Below are positions 54,965-64,000 of a stretch of DNA of 64,000 bases, piece after piece. The notes below the pieces were generated by a model. The model was not told the origin of the DNA, searched no databases, and saw only the letters and a list, made by a program, of their open reading frames with translations. The position numbers and the translations under genes are program-made. Each line of letters starts with the position of its first letter. Positions within the stretch are counted from its first letter, which is position 1. Origin of the DNA: Calditrichia bacterium (GTDB lineage: Bacteria; Calditrichota; Calditrichia; JAJRVZ01); NCBI GenBank assembly GCA_963796965.1, contig CAWCNS010000005.1, positions 1,088,001 through 1,152,000 on the forward strand, in the 5' to 3' direction.

Positions 54965-55123
54965 AATGAATCTCCAGAGGTATCTTTTATAAATTCAATA
55001 TTATCAGTTAAACAAAGATCGCTTTATAAATATTTCAGATCTAAACAATTTTGACAGAGGATATCAGTAATGAATTCGCGTGATAGAATAGAGCTATTTT
55101 CAATAGGAACAACTAATTATAAC

Positions 55124-55147
55124 AAAAACGTTGCTGTTAAGCAACGT
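55124..55147 (-). terminator. possible rho-independent terminator
   Basis: acgttgct-gtta-agcaacgt hairpin followed by U-run on the minus strand. Confidence 0.5.
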
Positions 55148-55272
55148 AAAATTTAGGAAAGGAAGATATATATTGAAGAGGGGTAATGGATTTTCATAAG
55201 CAGAGAATTCCAAGTTCCCAATTCAAAATCACAGATTTGAATTTTTATGCAATATTCTGTGGGATATAATAT

Positions 55273-55674
55273 TCACTTCTTCATGGCAATATCTTTCAGG
55301 CTTGACTCGGATAGCATTGTATAAAAATTATAGATCTCTTCATAGCTATACGCCATCAACCAATCAAGATCACGTTCCTTTTTCAAATACTGATTAACCA
55401 AAACGGCCATCATAGTGATTTGATCAGATTTATGTTCCATAATTAACGTGTCTAACCGGGCTGAGATTTTGCTATAGTCCTCTTCCGGATATAAATAGTA
55501 TAAACGCGTTAGATGAATAAGTGTAGAAGTAACAGTACCATTATTCTCCGTTTTCAAACATATCTCATATTTACAACAGGCATGCTCAACTTCTGTCATT
55601 TCCACCTGAGCAAGTGCCATTCCTGCACTAAATATCAGCACAAGACTCAGAATTAGTAAATGATAGCTTCTCAT
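55273..55674 (-). CDS. hypothetical secreted helical protein
   Basis: GGAGG RBS, signal peptide ending ALA, 133 aa. Confidence 0.7.
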   Translation of the reverse strand: MRSYHLLILSLVLIFSAGMALAQVEMTEVEHACCKYEICLKTENNGTVTSTLIHLTRLYYLYPEEDYSKISARLDTLIMEHKSDQITMMAVLVNQYLKKERDLDWLMAYSYEEIYNFYTMLSESSLKDIAMKK

Positions 55675-55899
55675 GACACCCCTCCCTTTTTATGGTTTGT
55701 CAAATGATCATCATTTGCTTTATTAGACGCAAATTGAGAGAAAATGTTAACAAGAATTTTAAAAAAAGTGTATTTTTTTTCTTAAGGTTAGAAGTATGGA
55801 AGTTAATTAATTGGAGGTATGAATTCTCTATATGATGAAAGGGGATAAAATTTCTTAAGTATTATCGTTTATATTTGATCTGGGTCGATACAATGTTTT

Positions 55900-55966
55900 G
55901 ATAGGATAACAGGATTTCGAGGATAAATCACTATATATAATATCCTGTAAATCCTGTTATCCAATC
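55900..55966. repeat. gene-less inverted-repeat element, CAGGAT family
   Basis: gataggataacaggatttcgaggata vs tatcctgtaaatcctgttatccaatc: 23/26 inverted match; a related single arm lies near 46772-46796. Confidence 0.7.
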
Positions 55967-55994
55967 AACAAAACTCATTTTATATTAAATGGTT

Positions 55995-57104
55995 CTATTT
56001 TATAAGCAACATTTTACGAACATAGTTATAACTTCCAGCCTCAATTTTGTAGAAATACGTACCGCTGGGCATATCTACAGCATTGAATTCCACTTCATGC
56101 ACACCTGCATTACGGCTTTCATCAAGAATCGTACGCACTTGTTGTCCGAGACTATTAAATATTGATAGTTTTACATGTTGAGATTCTGGCAGACTAAAAG
56201 AAATTTTTGTCGTTGGATTAAATGGGTTTGGATAATTTTGGTCAAGCTGGTACTGCGCAGGAGAAGTAATCGTATGTGAAAGATCTATAGCATTTGCTCC
56301 TGAGTTGGATTTCAGTCGAGACATTCCTGCGGCGTTTGTAAAATTAGGATCGGTCTCATCGTCCTGACTTTCAATAGAAACAAGCAGTGTATTTTCTTTA
56401 CCCAACCACAGATAATTGATGCTGGAAGCTCCCCCAATTACAATTTCTTGATCCAAAAAAACGGTCTTTACCGTATCAGAACGTTCTTCCCGGATACGAA
56501 GACAATCATATTCACCAGCCGGGATTTTTACTTTTCCCCAACCATCCACCTTATTGTGCGTCACTGATTTGACGATATTCAATATACCCTCCCCGAAACT
56601 AGTCGTATCGCTTTTTGTCACTGTCCATTCATTTTCATAGTTCAAAGGGAGGGGCGTAGCACTACCTCCACCCAGATCTTGAAATGTTGTTTCAGGTGAT
56701 GTAACAAATACACCCCCTCCCAACTCAATTAATTGAGAAGGTGTTACAGATAAATACATATACATGGTTGAATGCGTCTGACCAACAGTCATAGAGGTTA
56801 TCTGGGTCATATTAGCCTCAGGATATTCCGCGAATAGTGGTGTTCCCTCAGGTACAACATATTCAAAATTATAATCAGTTCCCTCAAGTATATTTGAAGT
56901 AAAATCCCATACCTGATTGGCGCCGGATGAACCTAAATCCACAGTCACACTTCCGGTAGTATCTAATTCCACAACGCTCGATGTACCAATAATGCCTAAG
57001 ACATCTTCTGAAGAAACAGATATTTGAGCAAATAATGAATTTCCGATTGATATAATCAGTATTGAAAACACAGCAAAAAATGTTATGTTTGAATTTGCCT
57101 TCAC
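55995..57104 (-). CDS. secreted protein with C-terminal sorting domain
   Basis: AGGAGG + GTG, signal peptide, GSSGANQVWDF, DGWGKVKIPAGEYDCLR, QNYPNPFNP..RKMLLIK. Confidence 0.85.
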   Translation of the reverse strand: MKANSNITFFAVFSILIISIGNSLFAQISVSSEDVLGIIGTSSVVELDTTGSVTVDLGSSGANQVWDFTSNILEGTDYNFEYVVPEGTPLFAEYPEANMTQITSMTVGQTHSTMYMYLSVTPSQLIELGGGVFVTSPETTFQDLGGGSATPLPLNYENEWTVTKSDTTSFGEGILNIVKSVTHNKVDGWGKVKIPAGEYDCLRIREERSDTVKTVFLDQEIVIGGASSINYLWLGKENTLLVSIESQDDETDPNFTNAAGMSRLKSNSGANAIDLSHTITSPAQYQLDQNYPNPFNPTTKISFSLPESQHVKLSIFNSLGQQVRTILDESRNAGVHEVEFNAVDMPSGTYFYKIEAGSYNYVRKMLLIK

Positions 57105-57356
57105 TAGAACCTCCTTTTTAATGGCGAAAAATAGAAAAATCCACTTCTATATTTATTTAGGATAATTTAAACCTCATGCTTTTGAAAATTGGATAGATGC
57201 TTTATTGGTATTAATTCATCACCATGAGTAGATATAATATACTTTTAAGGATAGTATGAACTGAATTATTCCCAGACTTTCTCTTTTTTCGCACAATATG
57301 TTTATTTTTACAAAAAAACCAGAAAAGAGGTATGAGGTATATTGTATAGTCTGCTT

Positions 57357-58244
57357 TTAGGTTAGAACTGCTTGATGCTGAAGTTTATCTACAAAACTCG
57401 GGGGCATAATTTTATGATAAGGTATGCCCACAATATCAATATTAGCTCCTTGAGCGAGGGCTAATAACTGAAAATAATACAATACAGGAACCTCGAATTT
57501 TTTATTAAATTTTCTGGAGATCCGCAGTTGTCCAACATCGAATGAATCAAAACAAGTCGGGCAAATTAATCCAAGACAATCGGCGCCTGAAGCTTCAACT
57601 GATTCAAAAACAGTGCGGCTCATATTTAATCCCAGGTCAACCTCTTTACAAGCCTTTCCACAGCACATAAGATACTCACTGTGGTCCACGGGAATTGCCC
57701 CCGTAGCCCTAATCAACTCAGAAAGGATAGTTGGTGTCAGCGGATCTTCCACATGCATTATAGCACTGGGTTTAAGCAGATGGCATCCGTAATGGATGGC
57801 AACTTTTATATCTTCCATAGGATTAGTAATCGAGTTTTGGATTTTTGATATTCCAACGTCATCGCGTAACACAGTTACAAGATGACGAATATTCACTGAT
57901 CCTTTGAATTCTCTGTTGACTGATTTTAAATTGTTATTAATTTCTTCTTTCAATTTGGGATCATTTTTCAGATGGTGATTGACTTCGCTCAAAGTTGCCG
58001 TGCACCCGCTGCACATGGTGACCAGATCTAATCCTTTTTCTTCGGCAATCGTAATATTTCTGGCAGCTAAGGTCATCCATTTTTTTTTATCAGCAGCTTT
58101 AAAATAGATTGGATCGGGACAACAGCCCAAACGACTGTCATCAATCAACTCAATACCAAGTTTTTCCATTGAGTACCTGATGGCACTTTCCATTTGCGGG
58201 TATTTTAAAGGGATCATACATCCCCAGAATGGCATAATTTTCAT
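57357..58244 (-). CDS. hdrB: heterodisulfide reductase subunit B
   Basis: FWGC, GCCP, CSGC, HYGCH, CCG, CPTC non-cubane cluster motifs. Confidence 0.9.
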   Translation of the reverse strand: MKIMPFWGCMIPLKYPQMESAIRYSMEKLGIELIDDSRLGCCPDPIYFKAADKKKWMTLAARNITIAEEKGLDLVTMCSGCTATLSEVNHHLKNDPKLKEEINNNLKSVNREFKGSVNIRHLVTVLRDDVGISKIQNSITNPMEDIKVAIHYGCHLLKPSAIMHVEDPLTPTILSELIRATGAIPVDHSEYLMCCGKACKEVDLGLNMSRTVFESVEASGADCLGLICPTCFDSFDVGQLRISRKFNKKFEVPVLYYFQLLALAQGANIDIVGIPYHKIMPPSFVDKLQHQAVLT

Positions 58245-58328
58245 TTTATTACTTTCTTCATCTCTTGTTATAACTACTTCGTTAATTGTGAATAATGAAT
58301 AGGTAATTATGAACTATGGCGGATCATT

Positions 58329-58790
58329 TCACGTCTCTAATAATTTGCGGACTTCTTCCTCGCTATCCACTTTAAATTCTGGAAGGCCTAAATCCTTTCT
58401 GCGATTTCGAATCATCTCAGTTGATAAAACAGTAACACCTTTCTGTTTAACCCTCTCCACTATATTATCCAAATCCGGAGTGGGGGTACCCATTTCCCTA
58501 CTCAGATTTTTGAGAGCGATGATGACTTCAATAGGATGAACGTCCTGGGGACATCTCTCATAGCAATTATAACAATTTGTACAATTCCATATTAAAGATT
58601 CCGGACCGGTCAATTCTTCCTCGAAGCCATAAATACATTTCAATATTATTTCGCGTGGATTAAATTCCGGTAAAAATCGATGGGCCGGGCAATCACCCAC
58701 ACATGCGCCACATTGGTAGCAATAATTATGGGCAAACCCACCTAAAACCTTATTCAATTTATCGCGGAATTCATAATTTATTGTTTTCAT
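58329..58790 (-). CDS. hdrC: heterodisulfide reductase subunit C
   Basis: CYQCGACVGDCP and WNCTNCYNCYERCP; upstream of hdrB. Confidence 0.9.
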   Translation of the reverse strand: MKTINYEFRDKLNKVLGGFAHNYCYQCGACVGDCPAHRFLPEFNPREIILKCIYGFEEELTGPESLIWNCTNCYNCYERCPQDVHPIEVIIALKNLSREMGTPTPDLDNIVERVKQKGVTVLSTEMIRNRRKDLGLPEFKVDSEEEVRKLLET

Positions 58791-58925
58791 ACGCAATTAC
58801 TTTCCGATCCGGATAAAATATTTTGTGCAGTAAATTCATAAAAAGAACCAAATTTGTTTCGAAATTGGTGTTTCTGTCCCACAGATATGCTGGCTTACTC
58901 CTATGATGTTTTTATGACACTATGC

Positions 58926-59020
58926 GGAGACGGCACGCCGTGTCCCTACTTGAACATTGAATATTCCGTGTTGAATATTGAATATTTTTATCCAATGGAC
59001 AATACACGGATCGCCCTTAC
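58926..59020 (-). repeat. two GTAG-type REP-like palindromes separated by a ttgaata heptamer array
   Basis: Minus strand GTAGGGACACGGCGTGCCGTCTCC (58926-58949) and GTAAGGGCGATCCGTGTATTGTCC (58997-59020). Confidence 0.7.
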
Positions 59021-59152
59021 TCTCTGCGCTTTACTCTAAACCTTCTTCTCCTCAGTGCGTCGTACACTATTACTCCCACACTCGGACAGCTGCGCTCCTG
59101 TGTAACTTTTGGTGTATATTTATCTTCATAATTATGTCCACAACGCAAACAC

Positions 59153-59653
59153 TTAAACTTCCCCGTCTCTGTCATTTACTGAATTCTCCTTTACGATTCT
59201 AAAAACACCTGTGCCATCACGGTTGTAAATGGATTGAATCACCTCTATCTCATTTCTCTCATGCTTCGATATATCTGAAATAAGATTCAATATCTCAGAC
59301 TCAATCTTTTTTAATTTCTCGCTTTTTACTTCTTTATTCTTTTTTAGACTGCTCAAAATTTTGTCGACTTTTCGTAAAATTTGTTTATGTTCTGACTTTA
59401 TTATTTTCCCATAGATTGTACCTTTAGAAGTAGACACAAAATGATCAAATACACCACTATCTTCTTCAAAGTCAAAATGCTTGAATAGGGAATGCATAAA
59501 CTCTCTCATCTGCCAAACAAATTCAATTTTCCATATTAATAAATCATCAGATTCAATCCATGACTTTAGTGCAATTTTAATATTTTCAAGATCATGATTA
59601 AGTGACTCATGTTCCGCTTCAATCTTATTAATAAAATTCGGTTTCTTTTTCAA
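59153..59653 (-). CDS. hemerythrin-like (HHE) domain protein
   Basis: GGAGG + TTG; EH...HFDFEE...EH...HERNE metal-ligand pattern. Confidence 0.7.
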   Translation of the reverse strand: MKKKPNFINKIEAEHESLNHDLENIKIALKSWIESDDLLIWKIEFVWQMREFMHSLFKHFDFEEDSGVFDHFVSTSKGTIYGKIIKSEHKQILRKVDKILSSLKKNKEVKSEKLKKIESEILNLISDISKHERNEIEVIQSIYNRDGTGVFRIVKENSVNDRDGEV

Positions 59654-59842
59654 AATATTCTGTCACCTCCCCTAAATTCTTGCCCCTCACGACCATTTAA
59701 TATATATACGAATCTCCTTTTCTTTTTGTTTAATTATAATATTTTTATCGTAAAACTTCTGATTTATTCACAATTAAAATTCTTGATTATGGGATATTCT
59801 CCGTTGGTTATTGGAGAATTTATCCGACGATATTTTTAATTC

Positions 59843-59887
59843 GGGCGGCTCACCCCATAGAACGTGTCGACTCAGGATCGCCCCTGC
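59843..59887 (-). repeat. degenerate REP-like palindrome
   Basis: Minus strand GCAGGGGCGATCC...GAGCCGCCC with an expanded loop. Confidence 0.5.
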
Positions 59888-59896
59888 ATTTTCAAC

Positions 59897-60385
59897 CTAG
59901 ACCATCTCAACCACCGCGGGTTCTACTGCTGCAGTTCGTTTAACCCGCCGTGCCTGCTCTTTTTCCTCCTCCTTTTGTAATATTTCAATGGTTTCTTTCA
60001 CTTCTTTTTCTGTAACTTTTTCCCGCATTTCTTCAATTTCTCGCATTACCCTTCCAAATTTTTGTCCTTCGGCCGCAGATATCCATTCCAGTTGCAATCT
60101 TCCGGTCTAATACCCAGACGTTCTAACTTGTTCCATAATTTTTCAATCCGTCGTTGAGTCCAGGTAACGGCATCGATATAATGGCAATCGGCAAAGTGAC
60201 AACCTGAAACCAGAACCAGTGGTGCACCATTTTCAAAAGCATGAATAACAAATTTTTCATCAACCCCCACTGCACATAGTTCGAATCAATTGAATATTTG
60301 TAGGATATTGGATTCTTGATGTACCGGCCAAATCTCCACCGGCATAGGAACACCAGTTACAGGCAAAAGCAACAACTTTATCCAT
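59897..60385 (-). CDS. mvhD: MvhD-type [2Fe-2S] domain, probably the C-terminal part of an HdrA-MvhD fusion (frameshifted)
   Basis: [39 protein letters not shown] pieced across three frames. Confidence 0.85.
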
Positions 60386-60389
60386 AGTA

Positions 60390-62376
60390 TCACGTTTCAA
60401 GTATCGAGTCAATTTGAGCAATAATTTGTGCATCGGTAAAATGACGCATGGTGATTGCATCCATCGTACATTCAGCCCCACAGGTTCCACATCCGGCGCA
60501 GGCAGCCTGAATAATATTCGGATAAATTCCGAGTTTTTTATTTGATGGTTCGATGGCATGATAGGGACAAACCCGTGCACAAACACCACAAAAATTACAA
60601 ATATCCTTATCTAAATCGGCTGTAATCGCTTCGATTTTCACTTTGCCGGCATTTAAAATAATGCTGGCCTCGAGGCGGCAGCAGCACTGGCTTGTGTCAC
60701 ACTATCTTTAACATCTTTTGGTGATTCCACACAACCGGCATAAAAATTCCACGTGTTGGTGAATCAACAGGTTTTAATTTTGGATGTGATTCGAGAAGAA
60801 ATCCATCGGCACTGTTTGATAAGTGTTAATAATTGCTGCAATGGTTTCAAATCTTTGCGGGGTTCAACTCCGACACTGAAAGACAACCATATCCGCTTCA
60901 TGCACTTGAACTTTTCCATTGGTTGTATCTTCCACACTGAAATGTAGACCATTTGTCTCCGGATCTTCCCAGACATCACCCGGAATACCCCGAATATATT
61001 GAACGCCTGATTCTTTACTTCGCATATAAAGTTCTTCAAATCCTTTTCCAAAGGCGCGAATATCAATATAAAACACTTGACTCTCAACTTCCGGATAATG
61101 ATCTGCCAGAAGCAATGTATCCTTTGATCGTATTCATACAGCAAATATTACTGCAATAATTTTTACCCTGTTTTTTCTGATCGTGAACCAACACATTGAA
61201 TAAAGGCAATCTTTTTTGGCAATTTATGATCTGTTGGTCTTACAAAATGTCCTTCGGTAGGCCCTCCGGCACAAATCAGACGTTCAAATTCCATACTGGT
61301 AATAACATTTTCAAAAGAGCGATATCCAAACTCATCCATTTCGGTTGGATCATAAACATCCATTCCTGTTGCAACGATAATCGTTCCCACTTCCAAGATC
61401 GATGATCTCATCCTGCATATCAAAATCGATACAATCTTTTTCACAGGCTATCCAGACATTTTCCACAGGCAATCGGATTATTACCCAGACAATTTTCCAT
61501 ATCGATCAGATAGGCAGATGGAACAGCCTGTGGTAATTGAATATATATGGCTTTCCGTGATGATAATCCCTGTTGGTATTCATCGGGATACATGACCGGA
61601 CAATCTTTCACACAATCGCCACAGGCAGTGCAGTCATTCTCATCTACATACCGGGCTTTTTTACGAACTTTTACATTAAAATTGCCAATAAATCCGGAGA
61701 CATGTTCAACTTCGCTATAGGCTAAAAGTTTAATTCTGGGATGTCGACCGACATCCATCATTTTCGGACCAAGAATTCATATAGAGCAGTCCATGGTTGG
61801 ATAGGTTTTATCCAGCGCGGCCATGATTCCTCCAATACTGGGATCTTTTTCCACCAGATAAACCTGATGCCCGGCATCTGCAAGATCAAGTGCAGACTGA
61901 ATACCGGCCACCCCACCACCAATGACCAATGCAGCTCTGGTCACCGGTACTTCGGCTTCCAGTCTGTGGCTCCAGGTTCCGGGCTTGGGCAACGGCATTT
62001 CGAACCAAATCCTTCGCCTTTTCAGTTGCCTTTTCTTTCTCATCCTGATGTACCCAACTGCAATGTTCGCGGATATTTGCCATTTCATACAGATAAGGAT
62101 TCAATCCTGCCTCAGCCACACATTGCCTGAAATGTAGGCTCATGAATCTTTGGTGTACAGGAAGCGACAACAACACGGTTTAATTGATGTTCGCCAATCG
62201 CTTTCTTGATTTCATTTTGTCCCGGATCAGCACAGGTATACTTATTTCGGATAACAGCAACAACATCATCGAGCGTTTCAGAATATTTCGAAACAGACTC
62301 TGTATCCACAGTCCCGGCAATATTTAAACCGCAATCGCAGACAAACACACCAATGCGAAGTATCTTCTTCACTCAT
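60390..62376 (-). CDS. hdrA: heterodisulfide reductase subunit A, selenocysteine-containing (several frameshifts)
   Basis: [104 protein letters not shown] + ATG at 62376. Confidence 0.9.
61733..61776 (-). promoter_or_regulatory. bacterial SECIS element of hdrA
   Basis: Immediately 3' of the UGA (61777-61779): apical hairpin GGAUGUC-GGUC-GACAUCC plus lower AUUCU/AGAAU pairing. Confidence 0.85.
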
Positions 62377-62479
62377 TTTTCCCCTCCTTAAAGGGATAGT
62401 TGTTTCAGTCACAATTCTCAATCCACAATTAAATTCCTTGAAAATTGAATATTCCTTGTTGATTATTGAATATTCAATT

Positions 62480-62505
62480 GGGCGGACACATAGGTTCGCC
62501 CCTAC
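62480..62505 (-). repeat. GTAG-type REP palindrome overlapping a stop codon
   Basis: GTAGGGGCGAACCTATGTGTCCGCCC; its TAG is the stop of the upstream Fe-S gene. Confidence 0.75.
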
Positions 62506-63642
62506 TGCAAACTGTCAGCCACAATCTCTGTCAAATCTTTTATTTGAATCGGAACCTCCTGGAATAAATTTTCATCTTTCAAGGCACATTTAAAATGTAT
62601 CTGGCATTTGGCACAACCTGTTACCAAAACATCTGCTCCGCTTGCTTTTGCCTCATTTAGACGTGTTACCTGAATTTGTTTTGAGACCTGTGAACAATTC
62701 ATCCACCCCGATACTCCACAGCAAATAGATCGCTTATGATGATGATCCATTTCAAACACTTCTACACCTGATATAGCGTCTAGAGCAACACGTGGTGCTT
62801 CATAAACATCAAGATGTCGCCCAAGCCGGCAAGGATCCTGAAATGTCACGTTTATAGACTCATGTTTTAAATTGGATTTTTTATGAGATAATACCACTTA
62901 GAAATTCACTGATATGTGTTACTTCATAATTCTGGCTTCCAAAGTACTTGGGATAATCAACTTTAAGTGTTCGGTAACATTCCGGGCAGGAGGTGATGAT
63001 TTTTCGTGCATTGGATTTTTTTATCTGCTCCAGATTAGTCAGGGCAAGTGATTCAAACGTCTTTTTATCGCCATTCCAGAATGCATCATGTCCACAACAT
63101 TTTTCATCTGCTAAAAGTTGAGGCTTGATTCCAAAATAATTTAGAATCTTTAATGTATTCCGGGCTATGCCCAATGCATTTACATCCAGATCAGAAAAAA
63201 TTACCTCAAAATAAGGTAAACATCCCATAAAATAGAGATAGTCACTATCGGCGGTAGTCTGAAAATCGCCATTTATTTCGCTAAGTCTGTTCTGTTTTAG
63301 ATCCGCGGATGTCATTATTTTTGCGATGGATTCAAGAATCCCGCCGTGAGAACATGTTCCTTCTCTATTTTCAATCCCTTTAATTTCCCGTAAGAATTGA
63401 ATTAAATCAGTATAACGGATATCAGAAGGACATACTTCATCACAGCGCATACAGGTAAGACAGGACCATAAGTCTGACATACTATAAGCATCCGGATGTG
63501 TATTATGTAAAGAGCTGGTTAAAATTTGTCTTGGTGAAAATGTATTTGAATACCGTGAAACAGGACATGTACCTGTACATTTACCACATTCCAGACAACT
63601 GAAAGCATTTGTTTCCTGGATTTTTCTTGTATCAATTTGCAT
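62502..63642 (-). CDS. HdrD/GlpC-like Fe-S oxidoreductase (2x[4Fe-4S] + two CCG domains; frameshift near 62890)
   Basis: CLECGKCTGTCP, CLTCMRCDEVCP, YFMGC, EKCCG, SCPEC, FQDPCRLGR, CCG, GCAKC. Confidence 0.85.
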
Positions 63643-63811
63643 GGTTATTTTAACCTGCTATTAATATTAATTTTCTTGAGCATTTTAATATCAATTATTT
63701 TAAATCCAGTCCAAATCCCTAATCGGGAATCCCCTATCACATATAGCAAATCTCGTATCATATATCAAAATAACGAATCGTTTTCTTACGATGGTGCGGC
63801 AACTTCACTAA

Positions 63812-64000
63812 TCAAATCTGATTCCAACTTTTCTTTTTTAAATAATCCCCCACCGGCCAATGGGCTTGGACCCAGTTTTTTTACCTGTGCAACCATCTCT
63901 TTCATGACCCGGGCAAATTTTGGAAACTCGGCCGCAGAGATAAATTCCTGTCTGATACGTCCATCTTCAATTCCGAGCAGGTTGACAATCTTCTTTAATT
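63812..64000 (-). CDS. mvhD: MvhD-type hydrogenase iron-sulfur subunit, C-terminal end (partial)
   Basis: Manual translation LKKIVNLLGIEDGRIRQEFISAAEFPKFARVMKEMVAQVKKLGPSPL. Confidence 0.8.

Noticed and set aside
60390..60392. TGA at the end of HdrA as a second selenocysteine
   Set aside because: Read-through hits TAA three codons later and MvhD is in another frame; an indel is more likely

Overview
This is an AT-rich bacterial chromosomal segment. Its gene style (QNYPNPFNP C-terminal sorting domains, receptor Ser/Thr kinase, Omp85/TamB, bshC) suggests a Calditrichota/FCB-like diderm; that taxonomy is inference only. Many genes, including essential proS, are split by single-base indels, most likely read or assembly errors. 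Content, left to right: birA (partial), trkH/trkA, threonine aldolase, a biotin carboxylase/carrier/methylmalonyl-CoA mutase module, nadC, ppk1, bshC, a probable ceramide-synthesis trio (Spt, GNAT, SDR), rhomboid, proS and tRNA-Arg(CCG). Next comes a ~17 kb co-oriented outer-membrane cluster (two Omp85, TamB, an 1167-aa putative barrel, spmAB). Then a Ser/Thr kinase, a GAF sigma54 activator, a sigma54 promoter and a secreted C10 protease; comM flanked by two GxxExxY genes; and an hdrB/hdrC/hdrA-mvhD/hdrD-like/mvhD cluster whose HdrA has an in-frame UGA plus SECIS. The most striking unexplained structure: each GxxExxY (PD-(D/E)XK-like) gene is bracketed by its own family of ~8-nt-periodic inverted repeats. 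Gene-less copies of these and related repeats fill the intergenic spaces, and one composite repeat is translated in frame inside tamB. This is a candidate nuclease/repeat selfish-element system analogous to RAYT/REPIN. No CRISPR array or rRNA was seen.
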